Shown here piece by piece: positions 15,205 to 23,420 of a stretch of 64,000 nt of DNA. How positions within the stretch are numbered: position 1 is the first letter of the stretch; each line of letters opens with the position of its first letter. The notes below the pieces were generated by a model that saw only the letters and a program-made list of their open reading frames with translations, ran no database searches and was not told the DNA's origin. Source of the DNA: an uncultured cyanobacterium (GTDB lineage: Bacteria; Cyanobacteriota; Cyanobacteriia; Phormidesmidales; Phormidesmidaceae); the NCBI GenBank assembly GCA_963833005.1, contig CAWHWK010000004.1, positions 19,173-83,172 on the forward strand, in the 5' to 3' direction. The position numbers and the translations under genes are program-made.

Positions 15205-16620
15205 ATGAACTTTGATGCTTACGATCCGCAAAGCTTTTACGATGAGTATTTTTCCGCCGCCGGGAAGCTGCGCCCAGAACTAGCGCCCATTTTAGAGTGG
15301 TTTCAAGCGCTGCCGTCTCAAGATATGTCTGAGGTCAAAGCCAAGCTAGAAGCAGTTTTAGAAACGCTAGGGGCCACGTTTAGCTTTGAAGATGAAGAGC
15401 GAGTGCTGCCCTTTGATCCGATTCCTCGAGTGATTACTGCCGAAGAGTGGCAAACCCTGAGTGCTGGTCTAAAGCAGCGGGTGAGGGCGCTAAATATGTT
15501 TTGCGCAGATGTGTATAGCGACCAGCGCATTATTGCCAAGGGTGCGATTCCTCGCGATGTGGTGGAATCGGCGCAGCGGTTTCGGCCCGAGTGTATGGGC
15601 ATGAAGCCGCCCAAGGGCATTTGGTGTCATATTGGCGGCATTGACTTGGTGCGAAATGGAGACGGTGACTGGTGCGTATTAGAAGATAATCTGCGCGTGC
15701 CGTCTGGCATTGCCTATGTGCTAAAAAACCGGCTGGCGATGGAGCAAGTGCTGCCAGATTTGATGGCAAAATTTGCCCCTAGACCTGTAGATGACTACGC
15801 CCAGCAGCTTAGGTCTGTGATGGACTCGATTGCGCCTAGCCCTGATAGTGCAATGGGCCTGCTGACGCCCGGCGTTGACGACTCTGCCTACTTCGAGCAT
15901 CAGCTTTTGGCTGAGCAAATGGGCGTCGCGCTGGTTAGCCCAAAAGATGTGACGATGTCGGATGGATACCTTTGCTATCACAGCGACGATGGTCCGCAGC
16001 GCCTAGACGTAGTGTATCGACGTGGCGCTGAAGATCTGTTTGCTAATCTGGATTTAGGAGAGAATTATCCTGACAGCGCCGCTACCTTGATTGAACTGTG
16101 TCAGCAAGGAAAGCTGGTGTTAGCCAATGCTATTGGTGCGGGTGTGGGCGATGACAAGGTGATTTACGCCTATGTGCCAGATATGATTCGGTTTTACTTG
16201 GATGAGGAGCCGCTGCTGCCTAATGTGCCGACTTATTTATGCTGGCGAGAGAGCGATCGCGAGTACGTGCTAGACCATTTAGAAGAGCTAGTGGTAAAGG
16301 CCGCGAGCGCTGAGGGCGGCGATGACATGCTGGTGGGGGTGAACTCTACGGCTGAAGAGCGGCAGGCGTTTGCCCAAAAGATTCGGGAAAAACCGAGAGA
16401 ATATATGGCGCAGCCGACGGTGTATCTGTCGCAGATTCCAACGGTGGTGGACGGCGGCATTGAAGGGCGGCATACGGATTTGCGGCCCTACGTGCTGCAC
16501 AAAGGCGATGAGATCTATGTGCATCCGGGCGGCCTGACGCGAGTGGCCCTAGAAAAAGGGAAGCTGGTGGTGAATTCGTCGCAGGGGGGCGGGGCTAAGG
16601 ATACCTGGGTGCTGACGTGA
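15205..16620 (+). CDS. Circularly permuted type-2 ATP-grasp protein (COG2308/DUF404-type)
   Basis: MNFDAYDPQSFYDEYF...LPFDPIPRVI..EW..L..GL.QR..ALN.F..D.Y.. and GIDLVRNGDGDWCVLEDNLRVPSGIAYVL are typical of this family. I moved the start to ATG 15205, because the track start at 15136 lies inside the repeat region. Confidence 0.8.
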   Translation: MNFDAYDPQSFYDEYFSAAGKLRPELAPILEWFQALPSQDMSEVKAKLEAVLETLGATFSFEDEERVLPFDPIPRVITAEEWQTLSAGLKQRVRALNMFCADVYSDQRIIAKGAIPRDVVESAQRFRPECMGMKPPKGIWCHIGGIDLVRNGDGDWCVLEDNLRVPSGIAYVLKNRLAMEQVLPDLMAKFAPRPVDDYAQQLRSVMDSIAPSPDSAMGLLTPGVDDSAYFEHQLLAEQMGVALVSPKDVTMSDGYLCYHSDDGPQRLDVVYRRGAEDLFANLDLGENYPDSAATLIELCQQGKLVLANAIGAGVGDDKVIYAYVPDMIRFYLDEEPLLPNVPTYLCWRESDREYVLDHLEELVVKAASAEGGDDMLVGVNSTAEERQAFAQKIREKPREYMAQPTVYLSQIPTVVDGGIEGRHTDLRPYVLHKGDEIYVHPGGLTRVALEKGKLVVNSSQGGGAKDTWVLT

Positions 16621-16631
16621 GATTGATTGGA

Positions 16632-16690
16632 GTCAGGCTTGAAGACAGGCTTAAAGTCAGGCTTGGCGCAAGGCTTAAGGTCAGGCGATC
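16632..16690. repeat. 12-bp tandem repeat, about 5 copies, 11 nt after the ATP-grasp stop
   Basis: GTCAGGCTTGAA GACAGGCTTAAA GTCAGGCTTGGC GCAAGGCTTAAG GTCAGGCGATCG. Confidence 0.85.
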
Positions 16691-16720
16691 GCATCGGATA
16701 GCCTGAGCAGGCTTTCAAGT

Positions 16721-17233
16721 GTGAATGATTATCAGTACCATAAAGGAGGTTTCCTAGCGCCCAGCAAGCGCCGAGTAATGATGGCGAGATCTCAGTCTAC
16801 GAGCGACCAGCCCAAAAGCAAGCAGTCTAAAAATAAGCCGCCTAAGCGCAAACAAACTGTTCGGAAAAAGAAGACTTTACCGGCTGACGCCCCCGGCTGC
16901 GAAACGTCTTTGGTCCATCTGGAGACGGTTCGGCAGGTGCAGCCCGAGGTGTTAGAAACCGAGAAGGCACAGCGGATGGCGGCGTTCTTTGGCGTGCTTT
17001 CCGATCCGCATCGTCTGAAGCTGCTATCGGCGCTGGCCCATCAAGAACTGTGCGTTTGCGATTTGGCGGCAGCGGTAAAAATGGGCGAATCGGCGGTTTC
17101 CCATCAGCTTCGGGTTTTGCGATCGCACCGCCTGGTCAAATACCGTCGGCAGGGCCGCAATGTCTGCTACAGCCTCGCCGACGGCCACATCACCGCGTTG
17201 TACAAAGACGTTGCCGAACATCTCGACGAATAG
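16721..17233 (+). CDS. ArsR/SmtB-family metalloregulator (ZiaR/SmtB-like zinc sensor pattern)
   Basis: The wHTH core is LSDPHRLKLLSALAHQELCVCDLAAAVKMGESAVSHQLRVLR..LV.YRRQGRNVCYSL. The alpha3N-type ELCVCD cysteines are present, and so is an alpha5-type D-x-H...H-x-x-E pattern (LADGHITALYKDVAEHLDE). A Lys-rich N-terminal extension is present. The start may instead be ATG 16778. Confidence 0.85.
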   Translation: MNDYQYHKGGFLAPSKRRVMMARSQSTSDQPKSKQSKNKPPKRKQTVRKKKTLPADAPGCETSLVHLETVRQVQPEVLETEKAQRMAAFFGVLSDPHRLKLLSALAHQELCVCDLAAAVKMGESAVSHQLRVLRSHRLVKYRRQGRNVCYSLADGHITALYKDVAEHLDE

Positions 17234-17276
17234 AGGCGACGAATAGAGGTGACGAATAGAGGCGACGAATAGAAGC
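17225..17276. repeat. 13-bp tandem repeat x4 that begins inside the last codons and stop of the ArsR/SmtB gene
   Basis: GACGAATAGAGGC GACGAATAGAGGT GACGAATAGAGGC GACGAATAGAAGC. A fifth degenerate copy, CGAATAGAGA, lies at about 17295-17304. The TAG of unit 1 is the gene's stop codon (17231-17233). Confidence 0.9.
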
Positions 17277-17343
17277 CGACCGGCAAAAGTCAACGAATAG
17301 AGATAGTGGCAGTAGCAAGGGCCTTATTTTTATGCTGTAATAC

Positions 17344-17375
17344 ATGAATAGCCTTTCATATGTTCAGCTATTAAT
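17344..17375. promoter_or_regulatory. Candidate ArsR/SmtB operator (imperfect palindrome with a TGAA-N6-TTCA core) upstream of the ATPase gene
   Basis: The sequence is ATGAATAGCctttCATATGttcaGCTATTAAT. Symmetric arms AATAGC/GCTATT flank a central CATATG. TGAA(17345-48)-N6-TTCA(17355-58) matches the core of SmtB-type 12-2-12 operators. It ends 22 nt before ATG 17397. Confidence 0.45.
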
Positions 17376-17396
17376 AGGTAATTAGCCGGTAGTGCT

Positions 17397-19373
17397 ATGA
17401 CAAAATCTCATTCTTGCAGTAGCTGCGCGCCAGATCCTGGACATGACCACGGCCACGATCACGGTCATGATCACGGCCACGATCACGGTTCAGGTGAATT
17501 CGACTGGCGAGAAGCGCTGACGCCAGTTGCGATCGCGACCGTTCTTTTCATCATCGGCCTAGTGTTTAACCAGCCGCTGCACAATACCCCCTATGCCATT
17601 GCCGAATACGCAGTTTTCATCCCGGCCTATTTAATTAGCGGGTGGAGCGTGCTGACCACCGCAGGCCGCAACATTTTGCGAGGGCGCGTTTTTGATGAAA
17701 ACTTTTTGATGACAATTGCGACGCTGGGGGCGCTGGCGATTCATGAGCTGCCCGAAGCCGTTGCGGTGATGCTGTTTTTTCAGGTGGGCGAGCTGTTTCA
17801 GGGCTATGCGGTAGGGCGATCGCGCAAATCTATCAAGTCTCTTTTAGAAGTGCGCCCCGAGACTGCCAATCTACAGGTCGATGGAGCCATTCGCACAGTC
17901 TCTCCTGACTCTGTAACCGTGGGCGACGTGGTGGTCGTGCGTCCTGGTGAAAAAGTGCCGCTCGACGGCGAAATTGTGGCCGGAAAGTCTCAGGTAGACA
18001 CGTCTGCCCTTACCGGCGAATCTGTTCCTCGCAGCGTCAGCATCGGTGAAACGGTGCTCTCTGGCATGATTAATCAGTCCGGCGTGCTGACGCTCAGAGT
18101 CACTAAACCTTTTAACGAATCTTCTATCTCTAAAATCTTGGAACTGGTAGAGAATGCCAGCAGCAAAAAGGCAGAGACTGAAAAGTTCATTACTCGCTTT
18201 GCCCGCTATTACACGCCTGCGGTTGTTTTTCTGTCTTTAGCGATCGCCATCCTTCCCCCTTTGTTGATTCCAGGCGCGGCCCAGGCCGAGTGGACCTATC
18301 GCGCCCTGGTGCTGCTGGTAATTTCCTGCCCCTGTGGCCTGGTAATTAGCATTCCGCTGGGCTACTTTGGGGGCATTGGCGGCGCGGCCAAACGCGGCAT
18401 TTTGATTAAAGGTTCAACGTTTCTAGACGCGTTGACGCAGGTGAATACTGTTGTTTTTGACAAGACAGGCACGCTGACCAAAGGTAACTTTCGCGTGAGT
18501 GAAGTCGTTGCGCAAAATGGACTGAGCAAACGTCAGCTATTGAAGCTTGCCGCTCAGGTAGAATCGCACTCTAGCCACCCTATTGCCCAGTCAATCCAAC
18601 AAGCTTACGAGCAGTCTGTAGATAGCGCTGTGCTGAAAGAGACTGTACTAGAAGAGTATGAGGAAATTTCGGGCCACGGCATTCGAGCGGTGATCAACGG
18701 ACAAACTGTGTTAGCTGGAAACGACCGGCTGCTGCACCGAGAAAACATTTCTCACGATGTGTGTCAGGTGGCCGGAACCGTGGCCCATGTGGCGGTTGAG
18801 GGTGTTTATTCTGGGCGAATTATTATTGCTGATGAGCTGAAAGAAGATGCTGCGGAGGCCGTTAGCGCTCTGAAAAAGCAGGGGATTCAGACCGCTATGC
18901 TCACGGGCGACAGCCAGTCTGTTGCCGATACGATCGCTCAAAAGCTAGGGCTGCACGACTACCGCGCCGAGCTGCTGCCCGAAGACAAAGTCAACGCCTT
19001 AGAAGCGTTTATACAGTCGGCGGCGCAGGCTAGAAAGAAGGTTGTCTTTGTGGGCGATGGAATTAACGATGCGCCAGTAATTGCTAGGGCCGACGTGGGC
19101 ATGGCAATGGGCGCGCTGGGTTCGGACGCGGCGATTGAAATGGCAGATGTGGTGATTATGACGGATGCGCCTGCTAAGGTGGCCGAGGCGATCGCGATCG
19201 CGCATCGTACGCTGCGCATCGTCTGGCAAAATATCATCATCGCTATGGCAATCAAGGCCGTGTTTATTATCCTGGGCGCGGTAGGCTTTGCGTCGCTGTG
19301 GGCCGCTGTGTTTGCTGATGTGGGCGTTGCGCTGCTGGCGATTTTGAACGCCGGGCGTGTGTTACGAGGCTAA
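17397..19373 (+). CDS. PIB-2-type (Zn/Cd/Pb) heavy-metal P-type ATPase with a His-rich N-terminus and no HMA domain
   Basis: Motifs present: N-terminal HDHGHDHGHDHGHDHG, TM6 SCPCGLVISIP (CPC), DKTGTLT, MLTGD, GDGINDAP. TM7/8 show NIIIAMAIK and ADVGVALLAILN (N..K and DxG signatures of the Zn/Cd subgroup). Confidence 0.9.
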   Translation: MTKSHSCSSCAPDPGHDHGHDHGHDHGHDHGSGEFDWREALTPVAIATVLFIIGLVFNQPLHNTPYAIAEYAVFIPAYLISGWSVLTTAGRNILRGRVFDENFLMTIATLGALAIHELPEAVAVMLFFQVGELFQGYAVGRSRKSIKSLLEVRPETANLQVDGAIRTVSPDSVTVGDVVVVRPGEKVPLDGEIVAGKSQVDTSALTGESVPRSVSIGETVLSGMINQSGVLTLRVTKPFNESSISKILELVENASSKKAETEKFITRFARYYTPAVVFLSLAIAILPPLLIPGAAQAEWTYRALVLLVISCPCGLVISIPLGYFGGIGGAAKRGILIKGSTFLDALTQVNTVVFDKTGTLTKGNFRVSEVVAQNGLSKRQLLKLAAQVESHSSHPIAQSIQQAYEQSVDSAVLKETVLEEYEEISGHGIRAVINGQTVLAGNDRLLHRENISHDVCQVAGTVAHVAVEGVYSGRIIIADELKEDAAEAVSALKKQGIQTAMLTGDSQSVADTIAQKLGLHDYRAELLPEDKVNALEAFIQSAAQARKKVVFVGDGINDAPVIARADVGMAMGALGSDAAIEMADVVIMTDAPAKVAEAIAIAHRTLRIVWQNIIIAMAIKAVFIILGAVGFASLWAAVFADVGVALLAILNAGRVLRG

Positions 19374-19445
19374 TAGGACTTTATTGAGATAATTGCACAG
19401 TTTTACGAAAAGAAAATCTGCGATCGCCTCAGCCATTTAAATAGG

Positions 19446-20994
19446 CTAAGAAATCTCTACGATGCCCATCATGCCCTGGTCCTCATGGTCAAGAATATGA
19501 CAGTGATAGACTGTGCGGCCCGCAAAATCTTCAAACTTTACTCGAATGGTGAGCGTTTCATAGCCGCCAACGCTTACCGTATCTTTCCACGCACGAAAGG
19601 GCTCCGGCTGACCGTTGCGCTCAACTACCTGAAAGCGGTTGGTGTGTAAATGGAAGGGGTGATCCATGCTGGCTTTGTTGATAATGCGCCAGTCTTCTAC
19701 TTGGTTTAGCTTTCACTTGAGTGTTGACACGGCCCATGACAAAAGACTGCGCATTGATTGTAAATCCGGTTGAGGCGGCTGATCGATCGATGCCATGATC
19801 AAGCACAAATTCGCGGGTGGTGTGTGGAGCCGGTAGCGGTTCGACGGGGATAAGCTGTTTTGGCAGGGGTAGCGGTTCGGTGCGGCTGCTTGGCATGTAG
19901 CGCAGAGTTGCGATCGCAGTTTTCTTTTGCTCCACTATCCCTGGCATCTGCTCAATCGCATCGCCCATAGACTCAACCATCTTGGAGACACCGCGATCGT
20001 AAGGCAGGCTAAAAATTTCGTAATCGCCCGGTTCTTGGCTCGCCGAAATCAGAAGTTCTGCCCGTTCACCAGGCGATAGAAATAGCGCATCTAGTCCGGT
20101 CGGTTCTGCTAATGCCCCTCGGTCTGTCGCTATTAAAAACCAGGGGTGCCCTGGCATTTGTAGCTGATAAATGCGCGAGGCCGAGGCGTTAATGAGTCGC
20201 AGCCGTAATAGCCCATTTTGCGACAGGCCAACCACTGGGTTTTGCTGCCCGTTTGCTAGCAGCAAGCTGCCTTCTCTACCCCATCTTTTGGCAAGCGTTG
20301 GCAGAGGTAATCCCTCTTTTTGAGGGCCACCTTGAAGCGCCGGTTCAAAATCTTGTAAGACTAAAATTTCTTCCTCAGCCTGTTGAATCTCAGGAATATC
20401 GTCTAAATCTCCTCGAACGATTAGCGGCCCTGCTAGCCCACCAAATACCTGCGGCGCAACGTTGAGATGATAGTGAGGATGATACCAGCCAGTGACCGCA
20501 GGATGGTTCTTAGGGATTTGAAATTCGTAAGTGTAGCGATTTTCGCCAGAAGCGTCTGTAGAAGCGTCTACGCCTGCGGCTACCTCGCGAAAAACATTGT
20601 CCACTTCAGGTGAAATATGCAGGCCGTGATAGTGAAGGTTGGTTGGACTATCTAGCTCGTTAACGAGTGTTAGACGAACCGTGTCTCCTGCACGGGCCTC
20701 AAGAATCGGGCCAGGAAATAGACCATTGTAAGTAAGTAGCCTCGTCGTCTGCTGTTTTGATGTGCCCATTAAACTGTAGGGCTGTGCTTTTGCCGTCAGC
20801 GAATACTCTAACAGTCCTGCTTTGCTGGTGATACGCTTTAGCGCAACGCTGCGACCCATGCGATCGCTGTTCGACCCTTCTCTTTTCAACCCTTCTCTTT
20901 TTGTACATTGAGAAAGCAAGGGCATGCCCGCTGCCGCTACCGCAAACCCTGTAAGCTGACGGCTAGACTGACGAAGAAAATGTCGGCGTTTCAT
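19446..20994 (-). pseudogene. Multicopper oxidase (Tat-signal), split by a +1-nt frameshift near 19710
   Basis: The 457-aa ORF (RRHFL Tat motif, HYHGLH, WYHPHYH) ends in out-of-frame residues. The 73-aa ORF at 19446..19667 carries the C-terminal copper sites (MDHPFHLH, HCHILDHEDQGMMG). Its frame is open upstream to 19712 and reads LNQVEDWRIINKAS. This continues ..RVNTQVK exactly as in the paralog (RVDIQVPLNTVEEWEIAN). Confidence 0.7.
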
Positions 20995-21034
20995 ACAAAC
21001 AAATAAAGGAGATAGATAAAAGAGATAAATAGAA

Positions 21035-22663
21035 CTATGCCTGTACGTCTATAACGCCCATCATGCCCAGTTCTTCATGGTCTAGGACGTGGCAATGATA
21101 CACGCTTTTTCCTGCAAAGTCTTTGAACCGCATCCGAATGCGAAGGGTTTCGCCGCCACGGACTAAGACGGTATCTTTCCACGCTAGGTATGGCTCTAGC
21201 TGACCGTTACGACTAATGACTTGAAACGATGCCGCGTGGAGATGAAAAGGGTGATCCATCATGTCTGCATCGACGTTGGCAATCTCCCACTCTTCAACAG
21301 TGTTTAAAGGAACTTGAATGTCTACTCGGTTTTCGTCGAACGTTTTATCGTTTAGCGTAAACGCCATTCCTCTTAAAAAAGACATTCGCATAGAGAGTTC
21401 TATCCGCCGCGTGTTTTGAGTTGCGGGCAGGGGAAGAACTGGAATAAGCTGAGAGGGAAGGACTGTTGTAGTCAAAGATTCGTCACCGCCATAAGCTTCA
21501 CTGTCGTAAGCTTCACTGTCGTAAGCTTCACTGTCATAGACTAAAGTTGCCAGTGGCAGTATCTTGGTAGCTGGTTCGTCAGGAGCCTCTGTACCGGCAG
21601 ATTCCATGTGCATCCCTTCCATAGAATCGCCTTGGCTCATGTTCATATCGCCCATACCGCCGCCCATACCGCCGTGCATCATGCCCATTCCACCCCGGTT
21701 GTACGGCAAATTGAGCAAGCGATATGAGCCGCTTGCTTGGTCGCCTCGAATCAAGACTTCTGCTCTTTCTCCAGGGACAAGCATGAGCTCTTTTACCTCA
21801 ACTGGCTCCGACAGCGCGCCACCGTCTGTTGCAATCAGACTCATGGAATGGCCTTCTAGCTGCAATCGGTAGAATCGTGAGATTGAGGCGTTGAGTAGTC
21901 GCAGCCGCAGCAGTCCATTAGTTGGTATAGAGAGATTTGGATTGATCTGAGCGTTAGCAGTCACCAGCGATCCCTCTCGACCCATCATTACCGCCATGCG
22001 ATCGGCTGAGGCAAGGTTACCTTCTTCGTCTAGCTGAAAGTCTTTGAGTGCTAGAAATGTCTCTGACGCTGATTTTATGGCTGGAATTTCGTCTAAATCG
22101 CCCCGTACGACGAAAAATCCAGAAAGACCGGCAAAGACCTGATCGGCGACAAAGCCATGACGGTGAGGATGATACCAAAAAGTACCGGCTGGATGATCTT
22201 TTGGAATTGTGAATTCGTAGGCAAAGGTTTCTCCAGGCTCTACGCTCAAAAAGACGTTATCGGCGTTGCCGCTATGTGAAATATTTAGCCCGTGATAGTG
22301 AATATTGGTGGGGTCAGGCAGATTGTTTGTAAACCGAATTCGTACGGTGTCTCCGGGGTTAGCTTCTAGCCTTGGCCCAGGGACTTGCCCGTTATAGGCC
22401 ATTAGCGTAGCCTGCTTGCCATTTAGCTCAAGGGTTCTGTAGCTAGCCTCTAAATCTAGATCTAGCAAGCCGTTGGTACTGGTATAAACAGTGTTGGAAG
22501 CGGATTGATTAGACGCAGATTGATTAGAAGCGGGAGCGGTCTTTTGCGCGTCATGAGATGGCACGTCATGAGATGGCGAAGACTTAGAGCTTTGTCTGCA
22601 CTGCGTTAGTAAAACTGAACCGGCAATAGCCGTGCTGACAGAGAGGAAATGCCTACGTTTCAT
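21035..22663 (-). CDS. Multicopper oxidase (CueO/CopA-like) with a Tat signal, a Met/Gly-rich insert and a YDSEA x3 repeat
   Basis: Features: MKRRHFLSVSTAIAGSVLLTQC (twin-arginine plus Cys), HYHGLN, WYHPHRHG, MMDHPFHLH, HCHVLDHEELGMMG. The Met-rich segment is GGMGMMHGGMGGGMGDMNMSQGDSMEGMHMES. The 15-bp DNA repeat lies at 21491-21535. Confidence 0.85.
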   Translation of the reverse strand: MKRRHFLSVSTAIAGSVLLTQCRQSSKSSPSHDVPSHDAQKTAPASNQSASNQSASNTVYTSTNGLLDLDLEASYRTLELNGKQATLMAYNGQVPGPRLEANPGDTVRIRFTNNLPDPTNIHYHGLNISHSGNADNVFLSVEPGETFAYEFTIPKDHPAGTFWYHPHRHGFVADQVFAGLSGFFVVRGDLDEIPAIKSASETFLALKDFQLDEEGNLASADRMAVMMGREGSLVTANAQINPNLSIPTNGLLRLRLLNASISRFYRLQLEGHSMSLIATDGGALSEPVEVKELMLVPGERAEVLIRGDQASGSYRLLNLPYNRGGMGMMHGGMGGGMGDMNMSQGDSMEGMHMESAGTEAPDEPATKILPLATLVYDSEAYDSEAYDSEAYGGDESLTTTVLPSQLIPVLPLPATQNTRRIELSMRMSFLRGMAFTLNDKTFDENRVDIQVPLNTVEEWEIANVDADMMDHPFHLHAASFQVISRNGQLEPYLAWKDTVLVRGGETLRIRMRFKDFAGKSVYHCHVLDHEELGMMGVIDVQA

Positions 22664-22690
22664 ACATTGAAATGCCTGTTGTTAAATAAC

Positions 22691-23203
22691 CTATGAATGT
22701 TCAGCGAAAGCAGCCGTCTCGCCCGATTTTGTGAAAGAAAAGACAGTGTACGGATCGATCTGACTGCCTGATTCCATACCTGGTGAACCGACTGGCATTC
22801 CAGGCACGGCGATGCCTGCAACATTCGGCTTTTCGATGAGCAATCGCTGAACATCTTCAGCCGGAACGTGACCTTCGATTATGTAGCTGCCAACGATTGC
22901 TGTATGGCAAGAAGCCATATTTTCAGGAACACCGTACTGCTGCTTGACGGCTGTCATATCTTCGGTGATTTCGTCTGTTACCTGAAAACCTGCCGACTCT
23001 ATATGCTCTATCCACTCACCGCAGCAGCCGCAGGTCGGGCTCCGAAAAACTGTGATGTCACTCGCCAAAACTGCTCGCGCTTCAGCTATATTTTCACTGG
23101 CTACAGGGCCTACATTCTGAGTACTTGCACAGCCTATTAGGATTAAACTTGTCAGCGCTAAACCAATTGCAAAAGATCTAGATCTAGAAAACAAATAATT
23201 CAT
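22691..23203 (-). CDS. DUF411 (CopG-type) metal-binding lipoprotein
   Basis: It has a lipobox (LILIGCAS) and the DUF411 signature: SPTCGCCGEW, MASCH, EGHVPAEDV, GIAVPGMPVGSPGME. It lies directly upstream of the oxidase genes on the same strand. Confidence 0.8.
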   Translation of the reverse strand: MNYLFSRSRSFAIGLALTSLILIGCASTQNVGPVASENIAEARAVLASDITVFRSPTCGCCGEWIEHIESAGFQVTDEITEDMTAVKQQYGVPENMASCHTAIVGSYIIEGHVPAEDVQRLLIEKPNVAGIAVPGMPVGSPGMESGSQIDPYTVFSFTKSGETAAFAEHS

Positions 23204-23289
23204 AGCCTTAAAATATCTCTTCAGTCTTCTAGCATGACAGCTAATAGTGAAACGGGGATGAAATAAGGATTGACTCTGAAGCTCTCGGC

Positions 23290-23325
23290 AGTCTTAATCC
23301 TCTTGAGAGTCTTAATCTTCTTGAC
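23290..23325. promoter_or_regulatory. 18-bp tandem direct repeat in the divergent DUF411 / response-regulator promoter region (candidate regulator binding site)
   Basis: AGTCTTAATCCTCTTGAG is followed by AGTCTTAATCTTCTTGAC. The second unit ends in a TTGACA -35-like hexamer (23321-23326). The function is inferred only from position. Confidence 0.3.
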
Positions 23326-23420
23326 ATTAAAGCTAACTGTAAAGTTTACGCTGGGTTTAGTGGTTGGCTATCAAGCGCTGCGCAATCCTAGATATTAAGC
23401 AGATACTGGAGGTAACTTCA

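Noticed and set aside
16632-16690. The many short tandem repeat arrays (here and at 17225, 38856, 39618, 50688, 55061, 60283 and 62636) considered as CRISPR arrays.
   Set aside because: The units are only 11-16 bp and directly abutting, with no unique spacers. No cas genes are present in the window.
19446-19667. 73-aa ORF as an independent small cupredoxin gene.
   Set aside because: Its frame is open upstream and is colinear with the C-terminus of the neighbouring paralog. It is the 3' part of the frameshifted oxidase.
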